DNA of 64,000 bases, taken from Gemmatimonadales bacterium (lineage in GTDB: Bacteria > Gemmatimonadota > Gemmatimonadetes > Gemmatimonadales > GWC2-71-9). This document shows positions 45,315 to 55,375 of the stretch, in pieces. Each line of letters begins with the position of its first letter. Positions within the stretch are counted from its first letter, which is position 1. The stretch is taken from assembly GCA_050733215.1 (NCBI GenBank), contig JBOHSN010000007.1, forward strand, positions 3,034-67,033, read 5' to 3'. The notes beneath the pieces were generated by a model that saw only the letters and a program-made list of their open reading frames with translations, did no database searches and was not told the DNA's origin. The translations under genes were made by a program, and so were the position numbers.

Positions 45315-46343
45315 TCAGGCCGCGGGCGCCGTACTCCGGCGGCGCTGCTTCTCGGCGTAAGCCGCCGCTGCCTCGCGCACCCAGGCGCCCTGGTCGTGCG
45401 CAGCGCGCCGGGCGGCGAGGCGCTCCCGGTTGCACGGGCCGTTGCCGCTGATGACCTGCTGGAACTCCGCCCAGTCGATCTCGCCGAACTCCCAGTGCTT
45501 GGTCTCGGCGTTGTAGCGGAGCTTCGGATCGGGCAACGTGAGCTTCACCGCCTGCGCCTGCGCCACTGTCAGATCGACGAAGCGCTGCCGGAGCTCGTCG
45601 TTGCTGAACCGCTTCACCCGCCAGCGGAGCAGGTCGGGGCTGTTGGCGGAGTTGGTGTCGCTGGGGCCGAACATCATCAGGGTCGGCCACCACCACCGGT
45701 TGACCGCGTCCTGCACCATCGCGCGCTGCGCGGGCGTGCCGTCGGCCAGCGTGGCGACGATCTCGTAGCCCTGGCGCTTGTGGAAGTTCTCTTCCTTGCA
45801 GATGCGGACCATCGCGCGCGCGTACGGTCCGTACGAAGCCTTGGCCAGCACGGTCTGGTTCACGATCGCCGCGCCATCGACGAACCAGCCGATCACCCCG
45901 ATGTCTGCCCAGGTCAGGGTCGGGTAGTTGAAGATGCTGGAATACTTCGCCTTGCCGCTCAAGAGCTGGTCAATAAGCTCGCTGCGGTCCACGCCCAGCG
46001 TCTCGGTGGCGCAATAGATGTAGAGCCCGTGGCCCGCCTCGTCCTGGACCTTGGCGAGCAGGCACAACTTGCGCCGCAGGGACGGGGCGCGAGTGATCCA
46101 GTTGCCTTCCGGAAGCATGCCCACGATCTCCGAGTGGGCGTGCTGCGACATCATGCGGACCAGCTGGCGGCGGTACCGCTCTGGCATCCAGTCCTTGGGC
46201 TCGATCGTCTCGCCTGCGTCGATGCGGGCCTCGAAGGCGGCGTTCTCGGCGGAGTCCTCGATGGGCGACGTGGAAGCGGACACCTCAGCCTGCCTGTTGG
46301 ATTTAGAGCGACGCCCCTGGCCGCTGGAGTGGTCCTGGGGCAC
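45315..46343 (-). CDS. paaA: Phenylacetyl-CoA epoxidase catalytic subunit PaaA
   Basis: Collinear with E. coli PaaA ([40 protein letters not shown]). ~30-aa N-terminal extension, so the start is uncertain. Confidence 0.9.
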   Translation of the reverse strand: MPQDHSSGQGRRSKSNRQAEVSASTSPIEDSAENAAFEARIDAGETIEPKDWMPERYRRQLVRMMSQHAHSEIVGMLPEGNWITRAPSLRRKLCLLAKVQDEAGHGLYIYCATETLGVDRSELIDQLLSGKAKYSSIFNYPTLTWADIGVIGWFVDGAAIVNQTVLAKASYGPYARAMVRICKEENFHKRQGYEIVATLADGTPAQRAMVQDAVNRWWWPTLMMFGPSDTNSANSPDLLRWRVKRFSNDELRQRFVDLTVAQAQAVKLTLPDPKLRYNAETKHWEFGEIDWAEFQQVISGNGPCNRERLAARRAAHDQGAWVREAAAAYAEKQRRRSTAPAA

Positions 46344-46394
46344 CCGCTAGGTTGCAGTTGCAATTGTATCAGACCCCTTCAGGGAAGGGAAGCC

Positions 46395-47168
46395 GTGACC
46401 CAGCGGACGACGCACGACTCGGGCACCGTGGCCACGCGCGTGGCAGACGGCGTCGGCAACGTGACCTTCACCCATCCGAAAGGGAACTCACTGCCGGGCG
46501 CCCTGCTCGCCGAGCTGGCGTCGCACATCACGGCGCTGGGACAGGACCCGCGAGCGAGTGTGATCGTGCTCCGGAGCGAGGGCACCGGCGCCTTCTGCGC
46601 GGGCGCGTCCTTCGCCGAGCTGTCCGCGATCGCCGACGTCGAGACCGGGACCCGGTTCTTCATGGGATTCGCGAACCTGATCAACGCGATGCGGGAGTGC
46701 CCGAAGCTCATCGTCGCCCGGGTGCACGGCAAGGTGGTTGGCGGGGGTGTCGGGATGGTAGCAGCGTCCGATTATGCGCTCGCCACCACCGCGGCACAGG
46801 TGAAGCTCAGCGAGCTCGCCCTCGGGATCGGTCCGTTCGTAGTCGGCCCCGTTATCGAGCGCAGGATGGGGATGGGGAACTACGCCGCCCTGGGCATCGA
46901 TGCAGCCGCGTGGCGGAGCGCGGAGTGGGCCCTCCAGCGCGGGCTCTATGCCGAGCTGCACGAGGACATCGCGGCGCTGGACGCGCGCCTCACGGCGTTG
47001 CTACGGCAGCTCGCGGCGTCCAGTCCCGGGGCGATGGCGGCGATGAAGAGAGTTTTCTGGGAGGGGACGGAGCACTGGCGGGAGCTGCTGGTCGCGCGAG
47101 CGCGGCTGAGCGGGACGCTGGTGATTTCCCGCTTCGCTCAGCAGGCGATCGAGAGCCGCTCCACTTAG
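46395..47168 (+). CDS. Enoyl-CoA hydratase/isomerase-family protein (divergent)
   Basis: GTG at 46395 preceded by AGGGAAGGGAAG. AFCAGASF and VHGKVVGGGVGM crotonase motifs. The 5' 720 codons of track ORF 44232.. are antisense to paaA-D. Confidence 0.75.
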   Translation: MTQRTTHDSGTVATRVADGVGNVTFTHPKGNSLPGALLAELASHITALGQDPRASVIVLRSEGTGAFCAGASFAELSAIADVETGTRFFMGFANLINAMRECPKLIVARVHGKVVGGGVGMVAASDYALATTAAQVKLSELALGIGPFVVGPVIERRMGMGNYAALGIDAAAWRSAEWALQRGLYAELHEDIAALDARLTALLRQLAASSPGAMAAMKRVFWEGTEHWRELLVARARLSGTLVISRFAQQAIESRST

Positions 47169-47229
47169 AGCTGGCCCACGGACGACGCGCCGCTCCCGAG
47201 CACGCCAAGAAGCGTGTCGCAGATAGACG

Positions 47230-47259
47230 AAGCCCGGCACGACCTAAGTCGCCGGGCTT
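47230..47259. terminator. Hairpin terminator after the crotonase gene
   Basis: AAGCCCGGC-(12 nt)-GCCGGGCTT followed by GATTG, 60 nt past the stop. Confidence 0.5.
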
Positions 47260-47262
47260 GAT

Positions 47263-47455
47263 TGCCCCCTCCTGGGCTCGATCCGAAGGCCACGCAGCGG
47301 CCGAAGGACGAGACCAAACAAAACGCCCACGGTTGTTCACCGTGGGCATTGCCCCTCCTGGGCTCGAACCAGGACTCTCCTGATCCAGAGTCGTACCGCT
47401 GGGGTAGCGGTTCCGGCCAAGTTGCCCGGAAACGGTCACTTGCCGAGCATCGGTG
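47263..47455 (-). repeat. Composite tRNA-like locus D: T-loop-type fragment (47263-47302), hairpin+T-run (47325-47347), full core D2 (47350-47390), arm (47391-~47455)
   Basis: D2 is the exact 41-nt core. The segment 47286-47347 is homologous to 1646-1709. Confidence 0.8.
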
Positions 47456-47620
47456 CCCGCTTCCCTGCCCTAAAATGTCCGGTTATGCCCGGAGAGGGGC
47501 GCTGAGTGGCGTTGCGCCAGAATTGTCTAGGTCGCTGGCGCGTCTATGGACGCTGTTTGCCGCTGGTGGGGATCGTTACCAGGAGCGTTACTACCCCTTG
47601 CGCTCGAGTCGCCACGCGCG

Positions 47621-47636
47621 TATGATGATCATCATA
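47621..47636. promoter_or_regulatory. Candidate TetR operator
   Basis: Perfect 16-bp palindrome TATGATGATCATCATA abutting the tetR ATG. Confidence 0.6.
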
Positions 47637-48229
47637 TGAACGCCGCCACCTCGAGACGACCCGCCCCCAACCGCAAGGAAGCCACCCACGACCGCATCGT
47701 GGAGACCGCCGCCCGCGCCATCCGGCGCAGCGGCTACGGCGGCACGGCCGTGGCCGAGATCATGAAGGAGGCCGGCCTCACGCATGGCGGCTTCTACGCC
47801 CACTTCGAGTCGCGCGCGGGGATGCTGGCCGAGGCGGCCGACCGGGCGGGCGCCGACGGGATGGCCGTGCTGGCGCGGGTGGCCGCCGCGGCACCGCCCA
47901 AGAAGGCGCTCGAGGCCATGCTCCGCGCCTATCTCTCGAAGGAGCATGTGGAAGGCGTCGAGACGGGGTGCGCGATCGCCGCGCTGGGCTCGGAAATGCC
48001 GCGCCAGGCGCCCAAGGTGCGGCGGGCCGCCACCCGCCGGATCAAGGAGATGATCGATCTGGTCGCGCGCCAGTCGCCCGACTGGGGGCAGCCGGGCGCG
48101 CACGAGCGGGCGCTCGTCACTGTGGCCACGGCGCTCGGGGCGTTGGTCCTGGCCCGCGCCGTGGACGACCCCAAGCTCTCCGACGCGCTGCGCGAGGCGG
48201 CGCTGAACCACCTCACCCCAACAGGCTGA
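47636..48229 (+). CDS. TetR-family transcriptional regulator
   Basis: 197 aa. HTH region IVETAARAIRRSGYGGTAVAEIMKEAGLTHGGFYAHF. Confidence 0.85.
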   Translation: MNAATSRRPAPNRKEATHDRIVETAARAIRRSGYGGTAVAEIMKEAGLTHGGFYAHFESRAGMLAEAADRAGADGMAVLARVAAAAPPKKALEAMLRAYLSKEHVEGVETGCAIAALGSEMPRQAPKVRRAATRRIKEMIDLVARQSPDWGQPGAHERALVTVATALGALVLARAVDDPKLSDALREAALNHLTPTG

Positions 48230-48270
48230 TACCCCCATGGAACGGTGCCGAGGTTGCGTTTGTTTAGAAA

Positions 48271-48286
48271 TATGATGCTCATCATA
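48271..48286. promoter_or_regulatory. Second candidate TetR operator
   Basis: TATGATGCTCATCATA (15/16 palindromic) upstream of the SDR gene, also followed directly by an ATG. Confidence 0.55.
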
Positions 48287-48327
48287 TGCGGGCACAGGAA
48301 TTAACCTCAACGGAAAGGGAGCACGGT

Positions 48328-49155
48328 ATGTCAGGCAATCTGGAGCAGCGGACTCGGCCCGCGGCGATCGTGACGGGCGCATCGGGAGGGATCGGAGAGG
48401 CGACCGCGCGAGCGCTTTACGCGGCGGGCTACCGGGTGTTCGGCACCTATCGCCGGCCCCCGGCGACGAGGTCGCCGGGTATCGAGTACCTGGCGTGCGA
48501 TGTGACCAGTGACGAGTCGGTCGCGGCCGCGGTGGGTCAGGTGCTGGAGAAGGCCGGCCGGATCGATCTCTTGGTGAACAACGCGGGCGTTGGCCTGGTG
48601 GCGGGCGCGGAGGAATCATCGCTGGAGCAGGCGAAGTCCCTCTTCGAAGTCAATCTCTTCGGTGTGATTCGCCTGACCAAGGCCGTCCTTCCCGTCATGC
48701 GTCGGCAGCGGGCGGGACGGGTTGTCAACCTCAGCTCGGTCATGGGCCTGATCCCGGCGCCGTTCATGGCCCTGTACGCAGCCAGCAAGCACGCCGTGGA
48801 AGGTTATTCCGAGTCGCTGGACCATGAGATCAGAGGCTCGGGGATCAGAGTGGTGCTGGTCGAGCCCGCCTACACGCGGACTTCCTTCGAGGGCAATGTC
48901 TACCAGGCAGACCAGCAGCTCGACGTCTATCAGTCGGCACGAACGAACGCCCAGGGAGTCCTGCGGGACGGGATGAAGACTGCTGACACGCCGGAGCTGG
49001 TCGCGAGCGCGGTGGTGAAGGCCTCCACCGCGGTCAATCCGCTCCGCCGCTACACCGCAGGACGGGCCGCGCGCCAGATCAGCCTCCTTCGGCGCTTCGT
49101 TCCCGCGTCTGCGTTTGACAAGAGTCTGCGGAAGCAGATGCGCCTGCCCGCATAG
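48328..49155 (+). CDS. Short-chain dehydrogenase/reductase
   Basis: Start MSGNLEQ preceded by AAAGGGAG. TGASGGIG, NNAG, YAASKHA. An alternative ATG lies at 48286. Confidence 0.85.
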   Translation: MSGNLEQRTRPAAIVTGASGGIGEATARALYAAGYRVFGTYRRPPATRSPGIEYLACDVTSDESVAAAVGQVLEKAGRIDLLVNNAGVGLVAGAEESSLEQAKSLFEVNLFGVIRLTKAVLPVMRRQRAGRVVNLSSVMGLIPAPFMALYAASKHAVEGYSESLDHEIRGSGIRVVLVEPAYTRTSFEGNVYQADQQLDVYQSARTNAQGVLRDGMKTADTPELVASAVVKASTAVNPLRRYTAGRAARQISLLRRFVPASAFDKSLRKQMRLPA

Positions 49156-49317
49156 GTCAGATTGACGGAGGTGGGCCCTGGGCCGCTGGAGCCGCTTGCC
49201 AGCGGCCATGCGTGGGTTAGGCATCTTACGACGCGCTCGCGCGAAGCTATTGCGCGGCCTGCACCCGAGTGGAATACTGCGCACTAGTCACACTCCCATC
49301 GCGAGCGCCTAGCCACC

Positions 49318-49839
49318 GTGTCCCGTGAACGCCCGCGCCACCCCCCAACGCTCGCAGTCTCCCTGCAGGTTAACGGCGCTCCACGCGAGGTAGAGCTGGA
49401 TGCTCGCGTCACGCTGCTCGACGCGCTTCGCGACCATCTCGGGCTGACGGGCACCAAGAAGGGGTGCGACCAGGGGACATGTGGCGCGTGCACGGTGTTG
49501 CTCGACGGCAGGCGGGTGCTGTCGTGCCTCACGCTCGCCGCGACCTGCGACGGGCGCGACGTCGAGACGATCGAGGGACTGTCGGCGAACGGGCACCTGC
49601 ACCCACTGCAGTCGGCGTTCGCGTCGTGCGACGCGCTGCAGTGCGGCTACTGCACGCCGGGGCAGATCATGTCGGCGGTGGCGCTGCTCCGCGAGGGGCG
49701 GGCGGGCTCCAACGCGGAGATCCGCGAGTACATGAGCGGGAACCTCTGCCGGTGCGGGGCCTACGCGGGCATCGTGGCGGCGATCCGCGAGGTCGCGGCG
49801 GGCACCGCGTCGGAAGGAGGCGGCGATGCGCGCCTTTGA
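49318..49839 (+). CDS. [2Fe-2S]-binding small subunit of a xanthine dehydrogenase/aldehyde oxidase-family enzyme
   Basis: CDQGTCGACTV and CGYCTPGQIM...GNLCRCGAY cluster motifs. Confidence 0.9.
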   Translation: MSRERPRHPPTLAVSLQVNGAPREVELDARVTLLDALRDHLGLTGTKKGCDQGTCGACTVLLDGRRVLSCLTLAATCDGRDVETIEGLSANGHLHPLQSAFASCDALQCGYCTPGQIMSAVALLREGRAGSNAEIREYMSGNLCRCGAYAGIVAAIREVAAGTASEGGGDARL

Positions 49840-50821
49840 GTACGTCAGGGCCGCCGACGTCGGGCAGGCAGTCGCCCTGGTGAGCGCCGACCGCGACGCC
49901 GCGTACCTCGCCGGCGGGACGACGCAGCTCGATCTCATGAAGGACGGCGTGCTCGCGCCCGAGCGTCTGGTCGACATCTCCCGCCTGTCGCTGCGCGGCG
50001 TGGCGTCGAGAGGGGAGGCGGTGGTCATCGGCGCGATGACGACGATGGAGGAGGCGGCGACCGACCCGACGATCGCCGAGCGGCTCCCGCTCGTGCGGGA
50101 GGCGCTGCTGCTCAGCGCCTCCGTGCAGCTCCGCAACATGGCGACGATGGGCGGCAACCTCCTGCAGCGCACGCGCTGCCGCTACTTCCGCGATCCCACA
50201 GTCTCGTGTAACCGGCGGCTGCGGGGCTCGGGGTGTAGCGCGCTCGCGGGCCATCACCGGATGCACGCCATCCTCGGCACCAGCGACCACTGCATCGCGA
50301 CCCATGCCTCGGATGTCGCGGTCGCGCTCGTGGCCCTGGATGCCGTCGTGCGCACGACCGGACCCGGGGGCGAGCGTCAAATCCCGCTAACGCAACTGCA
50401 TCTGCCGCCGGGCGAGACGCCGGACGTCGAGACGGTCCTCGCGCACGGTGAGCTGATCACCGGGATCGAGGTCCCGCTGCCGCCCCGCGGCGCGCGCTCG
50501 GGCTACCTCAAGGTGCGCGACCGCGCCTCCTATGAGTTCGCGCTGGCGTCGGCCGCGGTCGTGCTGGTGATGGACCAGGGCGTGATCGTTGACGCCCGTG
50601 TGGGCCTGGGCGGGGTCGCCACGGTCCCGTGGCGGGCCGTCGCGGCGGAGCGGGTGCTGCGTGGGGCGGCGACGACGACGGACGTCTTTCGCACCGCCGC
50701 CGAGGCGGCGCTCGAGGGAGCGGTGGCGCGTCGCGACAACGCCTTCAAGATCGAGCTGGCCAAACGCACGCTCGTGCGCGAGCTGTCGATCCTCGCGGAG
50801 GCACGCGATGTCGAGTCCTGA
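49826..50821 (+). CDS. FAD-binding medium subunit of the molybdo-flavoenzyme
   Basis: 331 aa. AYLAGGTTQLDLMK and NMATMGGNLLQRTRC. Overlaps both neighbouring subunit genes. Confidence 0.85.
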   Translation: MRAFEYVRAADVGQAVALVSADRDAAYLAGGTTQLDLMKDGVLAPERLVDISRLSLRGVASRGEAVVIGAMTTMEEAATDPTIAERLPLVREALLLSASVQLRNMATMGGNLLQRTRCRYFRDPTVSCNRRLRGSGCSALAGHHRMHAILGTSDHCIATHASDVAVALVALDAVVRTTGPGGERQIPLTQLHLPPGETPDVETVLAHGELITGIEVPLPPRGARSGYLKVRDRASYEFALASAAVVLVMDQGVIVDARVGLGGVATVPWRAVAAERVLRGAATTTDVFRTAAEAALEGAVARRDNAFKIELAKRTLVRELSILAEARDVES

Positions 50822-53177
50822 CCGCGCCGGCGCACTCCCGCTCGTCGGGCCTTCGGAGGACCGGATCGACGGCCCCGCGAAGGTGGCCGGCGCCGCGCTG
50901 TACCCGTCCGACGTCCACCTGCCGCGTCTCGCGCACGCGGCCCTCGTCCGGAGCACCATCGCGAGTGGCCGCATCCGGCGCATCGGCACCGAAGCCGCCG
51001 GCGAGGCGTCAGGCGTGGTCGCGGTCATCACCCACACCAACGCCCCGAGGCTCGCGCGCGGACCCACCGGCCAGCGCTTCATGCGCGGGCCCGTGGGCCA
51101 GCTCGTCCTGATGACCGCGCTCCACCGCCATTCGGTCGGCCAACTGATGATGACCACGCCGTCGCCGGCGTCGCCCCTCCAGGACGATCGGATCCTGCAT
51201 TACGGCCAGCCGGTCGCGGTCGTGGTGGCGGAGTCGGGCGAGCAGGCCGTCGCCGCCGCCCGGCTCGTCGAGGTCGAGTACGACCGCGACCCGGAGCCGC
51301 CGCTGCTCGATCTCGACGATCCGCGCGCGGAGGTGCTGACCAATCCCTGGAACCTGGACATGGCGCGCGGGAACGTCGGCGCCGCGCTGGCAGCCGCCCA
51401 GGTGCGGATCGACGCCTCCTACGCCACGCCGGACGAGACCAATAATCCGCTCGGCCTCTTCGCGACTGTCGCCGCGTGGGACGGCGGCCGGCTTACGGTC
51501 CACGACACGACGCAGTGGCCGTACGGCGTCCGCGAGACGCTCGCGAGGGTCTTCGAGCTGCCCGAGGACCACGTCCGCGTGCTGGCGCCCTTCGTCGGCG
51601 GCGCATTCGGCGCGGGGCTCCGGGCGTGGCCGCACGTCATCCTCGCCGCGCTCGCGGCCCGCGTGGTGGCTCGACCGGTGAAGCTCGGGCTGACGCGGGC
51701 GGAGATGTTCACCTCCGTCGGGCACCGCCCGCGCACGCGGCAGCGCGTCAGGCTCGGCGCGACGCGCCGCGGCGAGCTGGTGGCGATCGATCACGAGGCG
51801 ACCTCCTCCACCGCCCGCGAGGACGACAACATCGAGCTCGTCGCCTTCGGCGCCGCTAAGGCGTACGCCTGTCCCAACGTCGCGACGCATGATCGACAGG
51901 TCCGGCTCCACATCCCCTGCCCGGGTTTCATGCGCGCGCCGGGGGAGGCGCAGGGCAACTTCGCCCTGGAGTCGGCGATGGACGAGCTGGCGTACGCGCT
52001 GGGCATGGATCCGCTCGAGCTGCGCATGCGCAATGACGCCGCGGTGGAGCCGCAGAGCGGTCTGCCCTGGTCGAGCCGGGCGCTGCACGAGTGCTACCGG
52101 CAGGGCGCCGAGCGGTTCGGCTGGTCGGAGAGGAGCGCTGAGCCGCGCTCGATGCGCTACGGGCGCATGCTTGTCGGTTTCGGCATGGCGGAAGTGGCCT
52201 TCCAGTTCTTCCAGGCCCCGTGCGCGGCACGCGCGTCGATCGACCGGGACGGGCACGCGTACGTGCGCAGCGCCGCCACTGACATCGGCACGGGGACGCG
52301 CACCGTGATGACGCGGTTGAGCGCGGACCTCCTTGGCCTGTCGGTGGGGCGGGTCCGCTTCGAGCTGGGCGACACGGACCTGCCGATGGCGCCGTGGGCG
52401 GGGGGCTCCGGCCTCACCGCCGCGCTCGGCTCCGCGGTGCATGGGGCCTGCGGGCGCCTTGTGCAGCGCTTCCTCGACGTGGTGAAGGACGACGACGGCT
52501 CGCCGCTGAAGGGCTGCACCCTCGAGCAGGTCACCACCACCGGCGGCCGCATCGTGCGCGCCGAGGATCCCGCGCGGGGCGAGACATACACGGACATCCT
52601 CGCGCGGCACGGGCTCGAGGGGTTGAGCGCGGACGGCGAGAGCGGCACGCCCGCCGCAATGCTCGTGCAGGGGATCGTGTCCTCCGCGGCACGATTTGGC
52701 CGCCTCGTGCCGGCGGTCGCGCGGAAGATCGGCGCGCACGCGCCTGCCCCCGCTTTCGCCGTCAAGTTCGTGGAAGTGCACGTCGATCCCGATCTCGGCA
52801 CGGTGCGCGTGGCACGCGTCCTCTCGGCGATCGACGCGGGGCGCATCCTCAACGAGAAGCTGGCGCGGAGTCAGATCGTCGGCGGCACGGTGGGCGGCAT
52901 CGGGATGGCGCTGCTCGAGGAGACGCTCACGGACCCGGGCACCGGCCGCATCGCCAACGCGACCCTCGGAGACTACCTCATCCCGGTCAACGCCGACGTG
53001 CCCGAGATGGACGTCCTCTTCGTCGGCGAGCCGGATCCCATGACACCCATCGGGACGAAGGGGGTGGGCGAGATCGGGCTCGTGGGCATCGCCGCCGCCA
53101 TCGCCAACGCAGTCTTCCATGCGACGGGGCGGCGCGTACGCTCGCTACCCATTGGGCTGGAGCAGATCCTTCCGTGA
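50808..53177 (+). CDS. Molybdopterin-binding large subunit of the molybdo-flavoenzyme
   Basis: ATG at 50808 (789 aa). RIDGPAKVAGAALY N-terminus, GGAFG, GTKGVGEIGLVG near the C-terminus. Confidence 0.85.
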   Translation: MSSPDRAGALPLVGPSEDRIDGPAKVAGAALYPSDVHLPRLAHAALVRSTIASGRIRRIGTEAAGEASGVVAVITHTNAPRLARGPTGQRFMRGPVGQLVLMTALHRHSVGQLMMTTPSPASPLQDDRILHYGQPVAVVVAESGEQAVAAARLVEVEYDRDPEPPLLDLDDPRAEVLTNPWNLDMARGNVGAALAAAQVRIDASYATPDETNNPLGLFATVAAWDGGRLTVHDTTQWPYGVRETLARVFELPEDHVRVLAPFVGGAFGAGLRAWPHVILAALAARVVARPVKLGLTRAEMFTSVGHRPRTRQRVRLGATRRGELVAIDHEATSSTAREDDNIELVAFGAAKAYACPNVATHDRQVRLHIPCPGFMRAPGEAQGNFALESAMDELAYALGMDPLELRMRNDAAVEPQSGLPWSSRALHECYRQGAERFGWSERSAEPRSMRYGRMLVGFGMAEVAFQFFQAPCAARASIDRDGHAYVRSAATDIGTGTRTVMTRLSADLLGLSVGRVRFELGDTDLPMAPWAGGSGLTAALGSAVHGACGRLVQRFLDVVKDDDGSPLKGCTLEQVTTTGGRIVRAEDPARGETYTDILARHGLEGLSADGESGTPAAMLVQGIVSSAARFGRLVPAVARKIGAHAPAPAFAVKFVEVHVDPDLGTVRVARVLSAIDAGRILNEKLARSQIVGGTVGGIGMALLEETLTDPGTGRIANATLGDYLIPVNADVPEMDVLFVGEPDPMTPIGTKGVGEIGLVGIAAAIANAVFHATGRRVRSLPIGLEQILP

Positions 53178-53436
53178 CGAACCGCGCACCCAAACCGCCT
53201 TGGCCGACGGTTCGCACCCGGTCTTCGAGCAGAGCGTCGACGTCAACGCGTGACTGCGGTTGCGACCCGGCCGCTCAGCGACACCATGGATGACGCCGGG
53301 CGGATGCGCGGCTCATGCTTTTCCCGGATCCCGAGCATGGCTCGCATTTCCAGTTTCCGGAAGAGTGTGCCGAAGCGGCCGCCCGCTTCCTCGCCGCTGA
53401 CTGACTGATCTTCGATCAGCCGTCGCAAGCGATAGC

Positions 53437-54831
53437 ATGGACCCTCGCACACGCGCACTCCTCGAAGCGCCGATCGCCACGACGCTGCTCCGGCTTGCCG
53501 CGCCGAACGTGCTGGTGATGGTCGTGCAGGCGGCCGTTGGCCTCGTTGAAACCTATTTCATCGGCAAACTCGGCACCGATGCGCTCGCCGGCGTTGCGCT
53601 GGTGTTCCCCGTCGTGATGTTGATGCAAATGATGTCCGCTGGCGCCATGGGCGGCGGCATCACCTCGGCCATTGCGCGCGCCTTGGGCGGCGGGCGGCGC
53701 GGCGAAGCCGATGACCTCGCGCTGCACGCGCTCGTGATCGCGCTCGTCTTCGGGATTGGGTTCATGCTCGGCGTGCTGGGCGGGGGTCGCGCGCTCTACC
53801 AGGCGATGGGCGGTGCCGGGCGTGCTCTTGATGCCGCGTTGGCGTACTCGAACCTGGTATTCGCCGGCGCGGTGGTCGTCTGGCTGTTCAACTCCCTCGC
53901 CGCCGTCATCCGTGGCACCGGCAACATAGCGCTTCCGGCGGCAGTGATCTGCGTGGGTGCTCTGATCGCGATTCCCATGTCGCCGGCGCTCATCTTCGGT
54001 TGGGGACCTTTTCCGAAGCTCGGGATCGCGGGCGGTGCGGCCGCGCTCGTCTCCTATTACGCATTGGGAAGCGCCGCGCTCGCGGCTTATCTCTGGTCGG
54101 GAAGGAGCATGCTGCGACCGTCGCTGCGCGCAGTGCGCTTTCGCTGGCCACTCTTTCGCGACATCCTGCGCGTCGGCGCCATGGCGGCGCTGGTCACGGT
54201 GTCCACCAATCTCACGATCATGATCGGCACCTCGCTCGCCGGCCATTTCGGGCCGGCTGCGATCGCCGGCTATGGCACGGGCGCGCGCCTCGAATATTTG
54301 CTCGTCCCGCTCGTCTTCGGGCTTGGCGCTCCTCTCGTCGCCATGGTCGGCACGAGCATCGGAGCGGGTATGCGCGACCGCGCGCTGCGTACAGCATGGA
54401 TAGGCGCCGCCATCGCCACGGCGCTGACGGAAGCGATCGGTCTCGCAGCAGCAGCGTTTCCGGCGGCCTGGCTCTCTCTTTTCGATACGAACCCGGCCAT
54501 GCTTGACGTGGGATCGCGCTACCTGCGCGTCGTGGGCCCGTTCTACGGGCTGCTGGGACTCGCGCTTGCGCTGTATTTCGCTTCGCAAGGCGCCGGCCGA
54601 TTACTGTGGCCTTTGATCGCCAACCTGACGCGGCTCGCGATCGCAGCCCTCATCGGCTGGCTCGCGCTGCGTTGGAGCGGGAACCTGTCGCACGTATTCG
54701 CCGCGCAGAGTCTGGCGCTCGTCGCGTTCGGACTCATCAATGCCGCGGCAGTCGCCGGCGGAGCCTGGTTCGGTCGGCTACCCTGGCCGTGGAGCGCGGC
54801 CGCCATGCTGCAAAGGAGATCGCCAACGTGA
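53437..54831 (+). CDS. MATE-family efflux transporter
   Basis: 464 aa, ~12 hydrophobic segments. N-terminal LLRLAAPNVLVMVVQAAVGLVETYFIG. Confidence 0.85.
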   Translation: MDPRTRALLEAPIATTLLRLAAPNVLVMVVQAAVGLVETYFIGKLGTDALAGVALVFPVVMLMQMMSAGAMGGGITSAIARALGGGRRGEADDLALHALVIALVFGIGFMLGVLGGGRALYQAMGGAGRALDAALAYSNLVFAGAVVVWLFNSLAAVIRGTGNIALPAAVICVGALIAIPMSPALIFGWGPFPKLGIAGGAAALVSYYALGSAALAAYLWSGRSMLRPSLRAVRFRWPLFRDILRVGAMAALVTVSTNLTIMIGTSLAGHFGPAAIAGYGTGARLEYLLVPLVFGLGAPLVAMVGTSIGAGMRDRALRTAWIGAAIATALTEAIGLAAAAFPAAWLSLFDTNPAMLDVGSRYLRVVGPFYGLLGLALALYFASQGAGRLLWPLIANLTRLAIAALIGWLALRWSGNLSHVFAAQSLALVAFGLINAAAVAGGAWFGRLPWPWSAAAMLQRRSPT

Positions 54832-55277
54832 GTGGAAGATATCTCGAGGACTTCGCCGTGGGCCGGGTCTACGGCTCCGGGCGCATCAAAGTCGAAAAGG
54901 AGGGCATCAAGGCGTTTGCCGCCGAATTCGATCCGCAGCCTTTCCACCTCGACGAAGACGCCGCTCGCCGCACCATCTTCGGCGGCTTGGCCGCGAGCGG
55001 CTGGCATACCGCGGCGCTCACGATGCGCCTACTCGTCGAGAGCGAGCTCAAACCCGCCGGCGGCATCGTCGGCACCGGCTTCGACGAATTTCGGTGGCCG
55101 CTGCCGGTGCGGCCTGGCGACGAGCTGCGCGTCGAGAGCGAGGTGCTCGACGTCCGGCCCTCGACATCGCGCCCGCATCAGGGAGTGATCAAGGTGCGCA
55201 CCACGACCCGCAACCAGAAGGGCGAGGCCGTACAGGTGGCCGTCGGAAACCTCATCGTGCCCCGCCGGCAGGCCTAG
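54828..55277 (+). CDS. MaoC-like (R)-hydratase / hot-dog protein
   Basis: GTG start overlapping the MATE stop (GTGA), AAAGGAG RBS. FAAEFDPQPFHLDEDAA motif. Confidence 0.8.
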   Translation: MSGRYLEDFAVGRVYGSGRIKVEKEGIKAFAAEFDPQPFHLDEDAARRTIFGGLAASGWHTAALTMRLLVESELKPAGGIVGTGFDEFRWPLPVRPGDELRVESEVLDVRPSTSRPHQGVIKVRTTTRNQKGEAVQVAVGNLIVPRRQA

Positions 55278-55375
55278 CTTTTATGGATTCCCGGCGCCGT
55301 CAAGACAGCAGTTCGCCTCCGAAGCGCCGAATGGATGAACATGGCTGCAGAGGCTGAGATGATCGTAGCAAGGTG

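Noticed and set aside
44232-46394. First ~720 codons of the 978-aa plus-strand ORF 44232..47168
   Set aside because: It is antisense to paaD, paaC, paaB and paaA. Only the last 257 codons (from the GTG at 46395, which has an RBS) look like a real crotonase gene.
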